Positions 37,924 to 47,077 of a DNA stretch of 64,000 nt are shown here, piece by piece; position 1 is the first letter of the stretch; each line of letters opens with the position of its first letter. The stretch is from Candidatus Latescibacterota bacterium (lineage in GTDB: Bacteria; Latescibacterota; UBA2968; UBA8231). A program made the position numbers and the translations under genes. A model generated the notes under the pieces. That model worked only from the letters and a program-made list of their open reading frames with translations. It did no database searches and was not told where the DNA came from. The stretch is from the NCBI GenBank assembly GCA_965200315.1, contig OZ241362.1, positions 1,600,001 through 1,664,000 of the forward strand. The letters run 5' to 3'.

Positions 37924-38015
37924 GAGACTCTAACAAAACCTGCTGGGCGATCCTCGGAACGCGGGAGCCCCCACACCACGCCTTCAGGCGGGACATCCGG
38001 TTTTGTTAGGGCCTC
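37924..38015. mobile_element. 92-bp MITE, IS5 (IS1031-group)-like
   Basis: TIR GAGACTCTAACAAAACC / GGTTTTGTTAGGGCCTC (15/17), flanked by TAA direct repeats. Confidence 0.7.
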
Positions 38016-38208
38016 TAAATCGCTGGGGCGGCCCGTACATAGAGCAAGGCCCCTATCAGCACATAGCGCGGACAAAGACCTTGTAATTGCAGGGCACTCA
38101 GACCTTACAATGGCGTCTCAAGGGTCAATCTGCTTGTAGAACTCCTTCCTGCCGTTTCTAATGGTTAAGAATAACTCGTATAAAACACCGCAGCCCTTTG
38201 CTCTTGCT

Positions 38209-39231
38209 TCAGCCCGGCCCGACCTGCCCTTGTTCGAGCATGGCGATTAAAGCCGAATCATCGACATCGAGCGGCAGCCATACCCGGCCGCGGCGGCGGC
38301 TCGACTCATAGGTGGCAAAAATCAGCTCGGTCGCTTGCAGAGCCTTGCGAGCCGACAGGCGCGGCTCCGCGCCGCTTGTGAGACAGTCAATGAGGTCGAG
38401 CACCGAAAGCACGGTGTCGCCGCCCGGCCCGACGACGTCGGCGATCTCTTTATCCGCAAAGTCCTCCCACGCCGCACCCGAGCGCAACAGCCGCAGGGGG
38501 GCGCGGCCGGCCCCGCCGATTTCGATGATACCCTCGCTGCCGACGAGGCGGTTGCGCGGCCCTTGCAGGCCAGCACCCCCAGTGGCAAGCAGCCCCTCAA
38601 CGCCATTTTGCCAGCGGATCCACGACAGGCCGCTGGTATCTAGGGGTACGCCAAACACCGCGCTCTCGGATTCGACGGCAATCTGGCCCATGACCCATTC
38701 GGCGGGCACTTCGTCGTTGTAATAGAAGAACATGTCAAACCAGTGAGTACCCCAATCAAACAAATTGGAACACGCCCCTTCTACGCGCTGCAACGCGCCG
38801 ATGGCGCCTTCGTCGAACAATTGTTTGGCCTTGACAAACGGAGCACCAAAGCGGCGTTGGTGGCAGAAGGTGAGGAGCACGTCGCGGTCGGCGCAGGCCT
38901 GGTACAGGGCCTTGGCGTCGCCCCACGTTGGGGCCATGGGCTTTTCGCAGTGGATGGCTTTGACGCCGGCCGCGGCCGCCGCCGTGACCATTTCGCGGTG
39001 CAGGCCGGTCCACGTGCAGACGCTCACCACATCGAGGGATTCGCTCTCTAGCATGGCGCGGTAATCTGCGTACGCGGTCGCCACGGCAAAGTCCTCGGCA
39101 AAGGACGTGCGGGCCGCTTCCACCGGGTCGGCACAGGCCGCGATTGCGACTTGGGTGGTGGCTTGGTAGCCCTCGGCGTGGGCACGGCCGCGAAGGCCGC
39201 AGCCGATCACACCGGCTTTGTACTGAGTCAT
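38209..39231 (-). CDS. Gfo/Idh/MocA family oxidoreductase
   Basis: GVIGCG, IHCEKPM, DWGTHWFD; start refined to 39231. Confidence 0.88.
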   Translation of the reverse strand: MTQYKAGVIGCGLRGRAHAEGYQATTQVAIAACADPVEAARTSFAEDFAVATAYADYRAMLESESLDVVSVCTWTGLHREMVTAAAAAGVKAIHCEKPMAPTWGDAKALYQACADRDVLLTFCHQRRFGAPFVKAKQLFDEGAIGALQRVEGACSNLFDWGTHWFDMFFYYNDEVPAEWVMGQIAVESESAVFGVPLDTSGLSWIRWQNGVEGLLATGGAGLQGPRNRLVGSEGIIEIGGAGRAPLRLLRSGAAWEDFADKEIADVVGPGGDTVLSVLDLIDCLTSGAEPRLSARKALQATELIFATYESSRRRGRVWLPLDVDDSALIAMLEQGQVGPG

Positions 39232-39458
39232 CTTGTGCTCCCTGCGTTTTTGCGTAAAATTGCGCTTTGTAACTGACGTTACGCATCGTCTCTGTGCGCT
39301 AGACACTAGCAGCCGTAGCGATGCTTTGCTTCACCGCGCCTGTCTTGGTGAAGCTGACGCAACCTCCGCTGCGCTTCGCATACCCAAGGGCCTGTGAAAC
39401 ATCAGTTCGTAAAATAGAGCTTCCATTGCCTCGTCATCAAACCCAACAGGAAAACGCC

Positions 39459-40286
39459 ATGCCCATCGCCGACGCCCTCCCCGACATGAAGCGCACGCTC
39501 AAATTTTTCAGCGCGACCAACGACAACCCCCAAAAGCTCACCCGCGCCCAGATCCGCCAGTTCAACGAACAGGGCTACATCTGCCCCTTAGACGTGTTCA
39601 CGCCCGAGGAAGCCGCGGCCAATCGCCGCTATTTCGACGAGCTCATGGCCGAGGCCAAGGCCAACGGGCACAACAGCTATTCGATCAACGGCTGGCATCG
39701 CCACTGCCGGGGCATCTACGATCTGCTGCACGAGCCGCGCATTCTCGCTTACGTCGAAGACCTCCTCGGCCCCAATCTCGTCAGCGTTATGACCCACTAC
39801 TTTTGCAAGGAGCCGGGCGACCAAAAACAGGTCAGTTGGCACCAAGACGCCTCGTACTGGCCACTGACCCCGAGTAAGGTGGTGACCGCTTGGCTGGCTA
39901 TCGACGATGTAGACGAGGAAAACGGGCCGATGACCGTCGTCCCCGGCTCGCATTTGCACGGGCAGATTCCCTTTGAGCACAGCACGGCCGCCGAGCAAAA
40001 CGTCTTGGGGCAAAGCGTGCGCGATCCACTCCGGTGGGGCGGCGAGCCGGTGTCCTTTACCATGCGCGCCGGCCAAATGTCCCTGCACACCGACCTGCTC
40101 TTGCACGGCTCGGCCCCCAACCGCTCCACGCGCCGCCGCTGCGGCCTGACGCTGCGCTACATGCCGCCTGAGGTGCGCACCCGCGAAGAAAAGCGCGCCC
40201 ACGGCTACATCTGCCGCGGCACCGACCCGAGCGGCTACTGGCTCGAGCCCCCCGCGCCGACCAGCGACGCAGTGCCGCCGCGATAG
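39459..40286 (+). CDS. Phytanoyl-CoA dioxygenase family protein
   Basis: WHQDASYW, ENGPMTVVPGSH, LLHGSAPNRS. Confidence 0.9.
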   Translation: MPIADALPDMKRTLKFFSATNDNPQKLTRAQIRQFNEQGYICPLDVFTPEEAAANRRYFDELMAEAKANGHNSYSINGWHRHCRGIYDLLHEPRILAYVEDLLGPNLVSVMTHYFCKEPGDQKQVSWHQDASYWPLTPSKVVTAWLAIDDVDEENGPMTVVPGSHLHGQIPFEHSTAAEQNVLGQSVRDPLRWGGEPVSFTMRAGQMSLHTDLLLHGSAPNRSTRRRCGLTLRYMPPEVRTREEKRAHGYICRGTDPSGYWLEPPAPTSDAVPPR

Positions 40287-40298
40287 GAGCGGGAGAGG

Positions 40299-40436
40299 CG
40301 ACCCATCCTACCTTATTCGTGCGATGCGGCGCATCGCTGGGTGCGCGGGCGTCTCGCCCGCTGGCCTACGGCCGGGAACCAGCGAAGACGATATCGATGA
40401 ACGTTCCATGCTTGCAAGTCATGTAGGATTGCTATA
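40299..40436. mobile_element. Second, degenerate copy of the IS630-like MITE in opposite orientation
   Basis: Ends CCATCCTAC and GTAGGATTGCTATA; internal hairpin GCGGGCG-TCT-CGCCCGC. Confidence 0.5.
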
Positions 40437-40539
40437 TAAATGGCCGGAGCGGGTTCGTTTTGCCGCAGCCGGTTCGCAAGGAGGGCGACGAAGCCAAACG
40501 AGGCCCGGATTATCTCGCCTGCGGTGGGGCGGCCCGGCC

Positions 40540-40633
40540 CCTAAAGGGATCATCAATGGGGTGTGCCGGATACAGTCTAGCCCCGCCCGCCCCGTCCCCT
40601 CCTCTGCTTTTCAGCCTTGGCATGGATCTTGCA
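40540..40633 (+). promoter_or_regulatory. 94-bp conserved module ending in a sigma-54 -24/-12 promoter (copy B)
   Basis: TGGCATGGATCTTGCA at 40618-40633; 72/94 identical to the reverse complement of 23868-23961. Confidence 0.75.
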
Positions 40634-40715
40634 TATAGAAATTGCACGATCCAACCGTTCTCCTTCAGCTCGGACGGTTGGGCAAGCTCTACTTCCTGAT
40701 TCCCCATCGAGCACC

Positions 40716-41621
40716 ATGGCCGATTTGGATACCCTTACCAAACTCCTGATTCAAACCTATCCCGCCGACTTCGTCCACTTCGCCTTCCAGCGCAACGACA
40801 TCGAAGTGCTCGACGTTATTGACACCGAGCAAACCCGCCGCACCGACAGCCTCATCCGCGTACGCATCGACAGCGAGGACGCTTTAGTCCACCACGAATT
40901 TCAAACCACCGATAGCATCCATCCACCGATGCCGCTTCGCATGGCCGGCTATATCGGCCGCAGCATTGAGCAGCACGGGCTGCCGGTCTATGCCCACGTC
41001 TTCTACCTGCACCCCGATGCCGGACGACGCGATCCGGGGGGGTACATACAATCGCATCCCGGCTATTCGGTCGCGATTCACTACAGAGTGATTCGCCTGA
41101 GCCAACTCAACGGCCTTTCCGTGCTCAATCGGGGATATGTGGGCTTGCTACCGTTTGCGCCGTTGATGCAGCCGCCGGCCGGACAGGGCCGGGCTGCGTG
41201 GTTGGGCGACTGTGTGGCCACGGCGGCGGGGCTGCCGCTGGATCGGTCGGTCAGGGCCGATTTTATCACGGGGTTGGCCCTCTTGAGCGGGTTGGCGTAT
41301 AATCCGCAGACGATCTTAGCTACTATTTCCAAGGAGAATCTCATGGCTCTCGTCGGCGAATCCTCCTTTGCTCAATACCTGACCCAAAGTGCCCTTGAGG
41401 AGGGTCTTGAGCGTGGGATCGAGCAAGGCCTTGAACAAGGTATTGAGCCGGGGGGCCGAGAATTTCTCCTCGACTTATTGGCCCTGCGCTTTCCGGCCGA
41501 CCAAGTGCGCCCGTTGGCCGACCGCATTGGGGCCATTGACGATGTGCAACGCCTCAAGCAGTTGCATCGCGCCGCCATACAGGTGCCCAGCCTCAAAGCC
41601 TTTAGCAACCTGTTAGAGTAG
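40716..41621 (+). CDS. Rpn/YhgA-like PD-(D/E)XK nuclease (putative transposase family)
   Basis: RRTDSL...VHHEFQT, MPLRMAGY, GLLPFAPL, C-terminal EEGLERGIEQGLEQGIE. Confidence 0.85.
   Translation: MADLDTLTKLLIQTYPADFVHFAFQRNDIEVLDVIDTEQTRRTDSLIRVRIDSEDALVHHEFQTTDSIHPPMPLRMAGYIGRSIEQHGLPVYAHVFYLHPDAGRRDPGGYIQSHPGYSVAIHYRVIRLSQLNGLSVLNRGYVGLLPFAPLMQPPAGQGRAAWLGDCVATAAGLPLDRSVRADFITGLALLSGLAYNPQTILATISKENLMALVGESSFAQYLTQSALEEGLERGIEQGLEQGIEPGGREFLLDLLALRFPADQVRPLADRIGAIDDVQRLKQLHRAAIQVPSLKAFSNLLE
41343..41621 (+). CDS. Putative intragenic small protein (RpnS-like), 92 aa, in frame within the Rpn gene
   Basis: AAGGAG-6 nt-ATG in frame, just before the EQG repeat tail. Confidence 0.55.
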   Translation: MALVGESSFAQYLTQSALEEGLERGIEQGLEQGIEPGGREFLLDLLALRFPADQVRPLADRIGAIDDVQRLKQLHRAAIQVPSLKAFSNLLE

Positions 41622-41804
41622 GAAAGTGGATAAGGTCGAGCTAAGAAGCGTTGTTGCAACTCGCGCCGGGTGGTTAGTAGCCGCACTGCGCCCCGCTGGG
41701 CCGACCAAGCACCACGCTCTCATAAGGCATGTTAAGAACGCTGCTTATATCGCTAGCCTAAATCCTCTTTGCGCCTTGGCGTTCCTATCTTCATCCGCTG
41801 CACC

Positions 41805-42755
41805 ATGACCACCGCCTTCCCCGACGCGTTCCGCACCCGCTTGCAAGCCATGCTCCCGCCCGAGTGCTTTGCTGCCTGCTGGCAGACCTTTGCCGCCGAG
41901 CAGCCGACCGCCTTCCGCACCAACCACCTCAAGGGGCCAGCCGACGCACTGTGCGCTGAACTTTCTGCGGCTGGCTTTGCGCTGACGCCCCTTTCTTGGA
42001 AAGCCGACGCCTTCTTTGTGCCGGCCGCCCAACGCCGCGCCCTCACCGAATGCGCGGCCTACCGCGAAGGCCGGCTCTACATCCAAAACCCCTCCAGCAT
42101 GGTGCCGCCGATTCTCCTAGAGCCGCAAAGCGGGGAACGCATTCTCGACTTAGGGGCCGCTCCGGGCAGCAAAACCTTGCAGCTTGCCGAGCTAATGGGC
42201 AATCAGGGCTCTATCTTGGCGGTGGAATCCGTGCGCGGCCGCTTCTTTCGCTTGCGCGACAACTTGGCGCGGCACGGGGCCGCAAACGTGCAGACCCACC
42301 TCGCCGACGGAACCCGCTTCTGGCGCAAGCACTGCGAACAATTCGACCGCGTACTCCTCGACGCGCCGTGCTCGTCCGAAGGTCGCTTCCGCGCCGACGC
42401 GCCCAAGACCTATGCCTATTGGAGCGAGAGGAAGATCCGCGAGGCCAGCCGCAAGCAGCGGCGGCTCGCCTATGCGGCCGTGCAATGCCTCAAGCTGGGC
42501 GGGGTGCTGGTCTATTCGACTTGTACCTTCGCGCCCGAAGAAAACGAGGCCATAATCAACCGGCTGCGGCGGCAGTTCGCCGGTGCCCTAACCATAGAGG
42601 CCATCGCGCTGCCCTTTGCCAATGTGGCGTCGGGCTTGGGCCAGTGGCAGGGCAAGGCGTTTGACTCGCAAGTGCAACGGGCTAAGCGAATTTTGCCAGC
42701 CGGGGGGATGGAGGGGTTTTTCGTGTGCCGACTGCGGAAGACGGAGAGAATCTGA
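41805..42755 (+). CDS. RsmB/RsmF (NOL1/NOP2) RNA m5C methyltransferase
   Basis: LDLGAAPGSKT, DRVLLDAPCS, VYSTCTFAPEENE. Confidence 0.92.
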   Translation: MTTAFPDAFRTRLQAMLPPECFAACWQTFAAEQPTAFRTNHLKGPADALCAELSAAGFALTPLSWKADAFFVPAAQRRALTECAAYREGRLYIQNPSSMVPPILLEPQSGERILDLGAAPGSKTLQLAELMGNQGSILAVESVRGRFFRLRDNLARHGAANVQTHLADGTRFWRKHCEQFDRVLLDAPCSSEGRFRADAPKTYAYWSERKIREASRKQRRLAYAAVQCLKLGGVLVYSTCTFAPEENEAIINRLRRQFAGALTIEAIALPFANVASGLGQWQGKAFDSQVQRAKRILPAGGMEGFFVCRLRKTERI

Positions 42756-42805
42756 CTCGGATGCTTCTTAGAGCGCAACTCCCTAAAGGGCCTATTTCCA
42801 CCGGC

Positions 42806-43375
42806 TCATAATTCGCGATAGGCCCCTTGAAATACCTCTCTAACGTGCCAACCTGTGAAATCTACCTTCGGATAATAGGATAGGCTCTGCGGAAAGTTAA
42901 TTTTTTGCCGTGAAACCGCATCAGCCATTCACAAAAGCCAACTGACCCATGTGCGTCATCTGACACCATTATCTCCCACTGCTTGGACAGCGTAAAAGCT
43001 CCGCGGTCGAATAGCTTATAGTGCATCACGCACAGAGTCAGTCCATTCACTATCTGATTAGGGCCACCTGCCGCATGCCATTTGATGTGAGAGGCTTCTA
43101 ACCCAATGGAAGAATGCCCCAATTTCACATCAAAGCCGCAGATAGCACATTTGTGTTCATAGGCTCTGAGAAGCCGTCTGACAACTCCAAGTTCGGCTCC
43201 TCAGATAGCGCAAAGAGCCTTGGTTCGAGGGCGTCTCGCCCTCGGAAAACGCTTAACGCCAAGGATACGGACTAGCCCACACCAAGCAAGCATGGGGGGT
43301 TTTCAGACCGCCTCTGAGGACATTTTCCCTAAAATTGGCAGTGCGCTTTCTCGTCCCAAAAACCCGTAGAGTAAC
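42806..43375 (-). pseudogene. HNH endonuclease remnant (phosphorothioate-dependent restriction type), MITE-interrupted and frameshifted
   Basis: After MITE removal reads RKRTANFRENVLRAYEHKCAICGFD..LEASHIKWHAAGGP..NGLTLCVMHYKLFDRG; a frameshift at A6 (42901-42906) restores ...WHVREVFQG; 5' boundary approximate. Confidence 0.8.
43170..43314. mobile_element. 145-bp MITE, IS5 (IS1031-group)-like
   Basis: TIR 15/19; TGA target duplication at 43167-43169 and 43315-43317; excision restores the HNH frame. Confidence 0.85.
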
Positions 43376-43498
43376 CAGAATCGGCTTGCATGGCTTAACT
43401 AAGTGCTGCACCATGAATTGGGTCGCCACCGGAGGCGACCGTCCATCTAGCCAAAGGGAATGTCGTCAATCGCTCCTTGAGGAGTAATATAAAAGCGT

Positions 43499-45595
43499 TC
43501 AATCCCCCATCCACCCGCCAATCCCCAAATGCAACCTCCGGCCCGCCGCCGGCTCAAAGAAGCGCGACCCAAAGGCGTTGGGAACGACCGACCCGTTGTA
43601 GCGAGCGGCCAACAGATTATCGACCCGCAGAAAAACCCGAGCCCGGCCATACTCCATCCCCAAGCGCACATCCACCCGCGAGTACGCGCGGTTAAAAAAC
43701 GCATCAGCGGCCGCGTCGCTTGCCGGCGGCGGGCCGTTGAAGTCATTGGCCCAGTAGCGGCCGACCCGCTCTAATTCGACCTCGGCAAACAGGCCCTGCG
43801 GACTGTCGTAGCTCAGCGCGGCGAAAAGCCGGTGGCGCGGCACGCCCGGCACCTCGTTGCCAGCAAGCTGAACCAGACCGCCCGCGGCCTCAACCTCGTA
43901 GTCCTCAAAAACATAGTCGCCAAAAGTGTATGCGAAGGAGGTCCGCAGCCCACAGAGCGGCACGGCCGACAGCGAGAGTTCCAACCCCCGATTGCGCGCT
44001 TGGCCGGCGTTGCGGAAGTAAATCTCCTCGCTGTCTTCGCTCTCAACCTGAAAGGGAATCAGCGCGTCGGCGATCTGGAGTTGGTACAGGGCCACTTCCA
44101 AATCCAAGCGCGCCCGGCGCAGATGGCGGCGCAGGCCCGTCTCCAACCCGAGGACGCGCTCCGGGCCTAGATCCGGGTTGAAGCCACCCTCGCCACTGGG
44201 CCGGTTGCCCAACTCAGAGGTGGTGGGCGTCTGGAAGGCCGTGGCAACATGGGCGTACCAACGCGAGAAAGGGTCAAGGCGGTACACTACGCCCGCCATC
44301 GGACTGAATTGATCCATGTCGCGCGACTGGTCGTCAACGGCAAAGCGATAGCGGTCGTAGCGGCCGCCAACGGTCGCGGTCAGCGCATCTCCCACATCCT
44401 TTTCCAGCGATACAAACGGCCCAACACTTTGCACCTTTTCCTCCTGATTCACCTGCCCAGCCCCGTACTGCACCAGCCCAAAGACGCGGTCGTCGGCCAC
44501 GCGTACGCCCTCGGGCACACCCTCGTTGGCGAACTCGCGGCGGTCGTCGCGCTGGAAGTCCAAGTCGAGGCCGGCTATAAGGCGCGTACCAGCCCAAGCG
44601 AACTGGTGCTCGGTGCGCACCCCGCCGGCGCGGCGGTCGAGCTCGATAATGCGGCCTGGTATGGGGTTTTTGAGCGCACGACCAACGCCGTACAGTACGA
44701 GGCTCGACGTGCGGTGGTGCGGCGCATGCAGCGGGCGATATTCGAGACGCATCCCGCCTTGGCCTTGGCGCACCTTTTTAGCGGCCCCCTGCCCAATCAC
44801 AAACCCGCGGACGCTGCGCGGACGGGTGCGAGCCGTCTCCGCGTCGAGCGAGCTAGGGTTGAACAAATAGGGCGCGTCATACCAGTGGAACAGGAGCGTC
44901 AGTTCAACTTGCGGCCCTAGAGTCCGGCCAACGAGCGCGTTGAGGCCGCGGGCGCGGGCGGCGGCGTGGTCTCGGTAGCCTTCGCTGCGCAGATCGTACA
45001 AACTGGCGAACGCGTAGGTGTTGGCGGCGCGGCCCGAAAGGCTCGTCTGTGCGCGGAACAGGCCGTTGCTGCCGGCTACTAAGCGCGGCTCCACGCGCCA
45101 AGTAGCCTCGGCCGGCACTTGGGTGTGGGCCGCGAGCACGCCGCCGCCCGCATTGCCGTACAGCGAAGAGCTGGGGCCACGCAGAATTTCGATGCGGCCT
45201 GTTGATCCCAAGTCGAGGTTGTTGAGCTGGCTCTGGCCGTCGGGCATGGTCAGCGGGATGCCGTCGAGCAAGACCTTAACCCCGCGGACGCCAAAGGCCG
45301 CACGAGCACCCAAGCCGCGCACACTGAGCCGATCGCCTTGGGAGAGGTTGTGGCGGTTGGCGACAAAAAGCCCGGGCACCGGACGCAGCGACTCGGCCAG
45401 CGAGATCCCGGGCCGCGCACGCCCGATATCCGCGACCACAGCCGTGGCGAGCGGCAGGTCAAACCCCTCGCGCGGCGCACGCGTCGCCGTGACTTCGATG
45501 GGGGGCATTTGGTAGCGGGGCTCAGGATCGTCGGCACGGGCAATTCCGGCGATCAGGATTAGCGATAGGCACTGGATTAACTCGTTTTTTTTCAT
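43499..45595 (-). CDS. TonB-dependent receptor
   Basis: Signal peptide, IEVTATR TonB box, SVRGLG, RIEILRGPSSSLYGNAGGGV, C-terminal NL..PAAGR. Confidence 0.92.
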   Translation of the reverse strand: MKKNELIQCLSLILIAGIARADDPEPRYQMPPIEVTATRAPREGFDLPLATAVVADIGRARPGISLAESLRPVPGLFVANRHNLSQGDRLSVRGLGARAAFGVRGVKVLLDGIPLTMPDGQSQLNNLDLGSTGRIEILRGPSSSLYGNAGGGVLAAHTQVPAEATWRVEPRLVAGSNGLFRAQTSLSGRAANTYAFASLYDLRSEGYRDHAAARARGLNALVGRTLGPQVELTLLFHWYDAPYLFNPSSLDAETARTRPRSVRGFVIGQGAAKKVRQGQGGMRLEYRPLHAPHHRTSSLVLYGVGRALKNPIPGRIIELDRRAGGVRTEHQFAWAGTRLIAGLDLDFQRDDRREFANEGVPEGVRVADDRVFGLVQYGAGQVNQEEKVQSVGPFVSLEKDVGDALTATVGGRYDRYRFAVDDQSRDMDQFSPMAGVVYRLDPFSRWYAHVATAFQTPTTSELGNRPSGEGGFNPDLGPERVLGLETGLRRHLRRARLDLEVALYQLQIADALIPFQVESEDSEEIYFRNAGQARNRGLELSLSAVPLCGLRTSFAYTFGDYVFEDYEVEAAGGLVQLAGNEVPGVPRHRLFAALSYDSPQGLFAEVELERVGRYWANDFNGPPPASDAAADAFFNRAYSRVDVRLGMEYGRARVFLRVDNLLAARYNGSVVPNAFGSRFFEPAAGRRLHLGIGGWMGD

Positions 45596-45653
45596 AGCAT
45601 TTAAAGAACACCACGAAGAAATACAGACGCAAACCGAGAGTTAGGACCAAGCC

Positions 45654-46109
45654 ATGAGCATGGGAATCGCCCTAGTACTGTTGCTAGGTGGCTGCTTTGC
45701 CGCAGAGGACGGACCAAGCGGCACGGCCAACGTGCTGTACAGCGAAGTCGAGTTTGTCGAGGACGAGGGGCTGGAAGGCAGCGTAGCGATCGACAGCTTG
45801 ACTTGGTTGCCGTTTTTTTTAGAGCCGGGACTCGGGACAACAGCGGAATTCGAGGGAATCTTTGTGGCCGTATTCCGCAATGTCAGCGACGCCACTGTGT
45901 GGGTGCGCTACGACTTGCGGTTTTTCGATCAAGAGGAATTTCTAATCGACGCGTTTATACCGCTTGGCCAGCCGGTAGTCCTCAGTGCCGGAGAAACGCG
46001 ACGCGTGGAAGGGGACTTTCTGATTCGCACCAACGATCCGCGCGATTTTGAGCGACTCGCCCTGATGAGGCTGGTAGCGCGCATCAGGCGACCCGACTCT
46101 CTCAAGTAG
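45654..46109 (+). CDS. Hypothetical lipoprotein
   Basis: Lipobox-like LLLGGC; AGGA RBS. Confidence 0.6.
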   Translation: MSMGIALVLLLGGCFAAEDGPSGTANVLYSEVEFVEDEGLEGSVAIDSLTWLPFFLEPGLGTTAEFEGIFVAVFRNVSDATVWVRYDLRFFDQEEFLIDAFIPLGQPVVLSAGETRRVEGDFLIRTNDPRDFERLALMRLVARIRRPDSLK

Positions 46110-46127
46110 GAATTCTTAATTCCTAAT

Positions 46128-46925
46128 TCAAAACGCCACAAAGCCCCCGCACACGGGAATGCACTGGCCGGTGACGTAATCCGAAAGGTCGGACGCCAAA
46201 AACTCCACCACCCGAGCGCAGTCTTCGGGCGTTCCTAAGCGGCGGAGGGGAATCTGCGGCTCTAGGTGCTGGCGCGATTCCTCGCTGTTGCGGCCCTGAG
46301 CCACGGCGCGAGACGACAGAATTAGGCCCGGGGCGATGCAGTTGACGTGGATGCCATAAGGGCCTAACTCGGCGGCGAGCACTCGCGTGTAGTGGACGAT
46401 GCCGGCTTTGGCCACCTTGTAGGGCATCCCGCCGCCATCGCGCCCGCTCCACAAGCCCGCTTGCGAGGCCACGTTGATGATTTTGCCGGACAAAGCTTCC
46501 TTCATCGCCGCGCTGACCGCTTGACAGCAGTGGATGGTGGCGGTGAGGTTAATATCCATTATGTAGCGGTAGTGGTCTTCCCCAGCCAAGGAGGCGGCTT
46601 GTTCTTCGTGAGAGCGTAAATTGCCACCGGCGTTGTTGACGAGTATGTCGATGCGGCCAAAGGCGTCGAGCCCCGCGGCGACCAAGGCATCTACTGATTG
46701 GCGGTCGGTGACATCCACGGCAATGCCCACGCCGCGGCGACCGAGATTGACGATTTCGGCTTCCACCGTCTCAGCCGTGAGTTCTTCGCCGTATTCGCGG
46801 GCGGCCTGTAGGTCTATGTCGGCGATGATAATGTCCGCGCCCAAGCGGGCCAGATGGAGGACGTAAGCGCGACCCAAGCCGCGTGCGCCGCCTGTGATGA
46901 GAGCTACCTTGCCTTCGAGCGACAT
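46128..46925 (-). CDS. SDR family oxidoreductase
   Basis: TGGARGLG, NNAG, YKVAK. Confidence 0.92.
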   Translation of the reverse strand: MSLEGKVALITGGARGLGRAYVLHLARLGADIIIADIDLQAAREYGEELTAETVEAEIVNLGRRGVGIAVDVTDRQSVDALVAAGLDAFGRIDILVNNAGGNLRSHEEQAASLAGEDHYRYIMDINLTATIHCCQAVSAAMKEALSGKIINVASQAGLWSGRDGGGMPYKVAKAGIVHYTRVLAAELGPYGIHVNCIAPGLILSSRAVAQGRNSEESRQHLEPQIPLRRLGTPEDCARVVEFLASDLSDYVTGQCIPVCGGFVAF

Positions 46926-47077
46926 CGAAAATCTCCTTTTCCAAATAATTAGGACACGACATCAATCGTCGGCAACCAACGAGAAGCCAAGAGAACTGGA
47001 GAAAACTTGCATGACAAGAGGAACGTTTGGCAAATTAGGTGCTGACGAATGCGCGCTATCTAGCAGAAAGAGGTCGA

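Noticed and set aside
41642-41747. Possible MITE downstream of the Rpn gene (inverted repeat 12/14)
   Set aside because: Short imperfect repeat, no clear target duplication and no second copy in the window.
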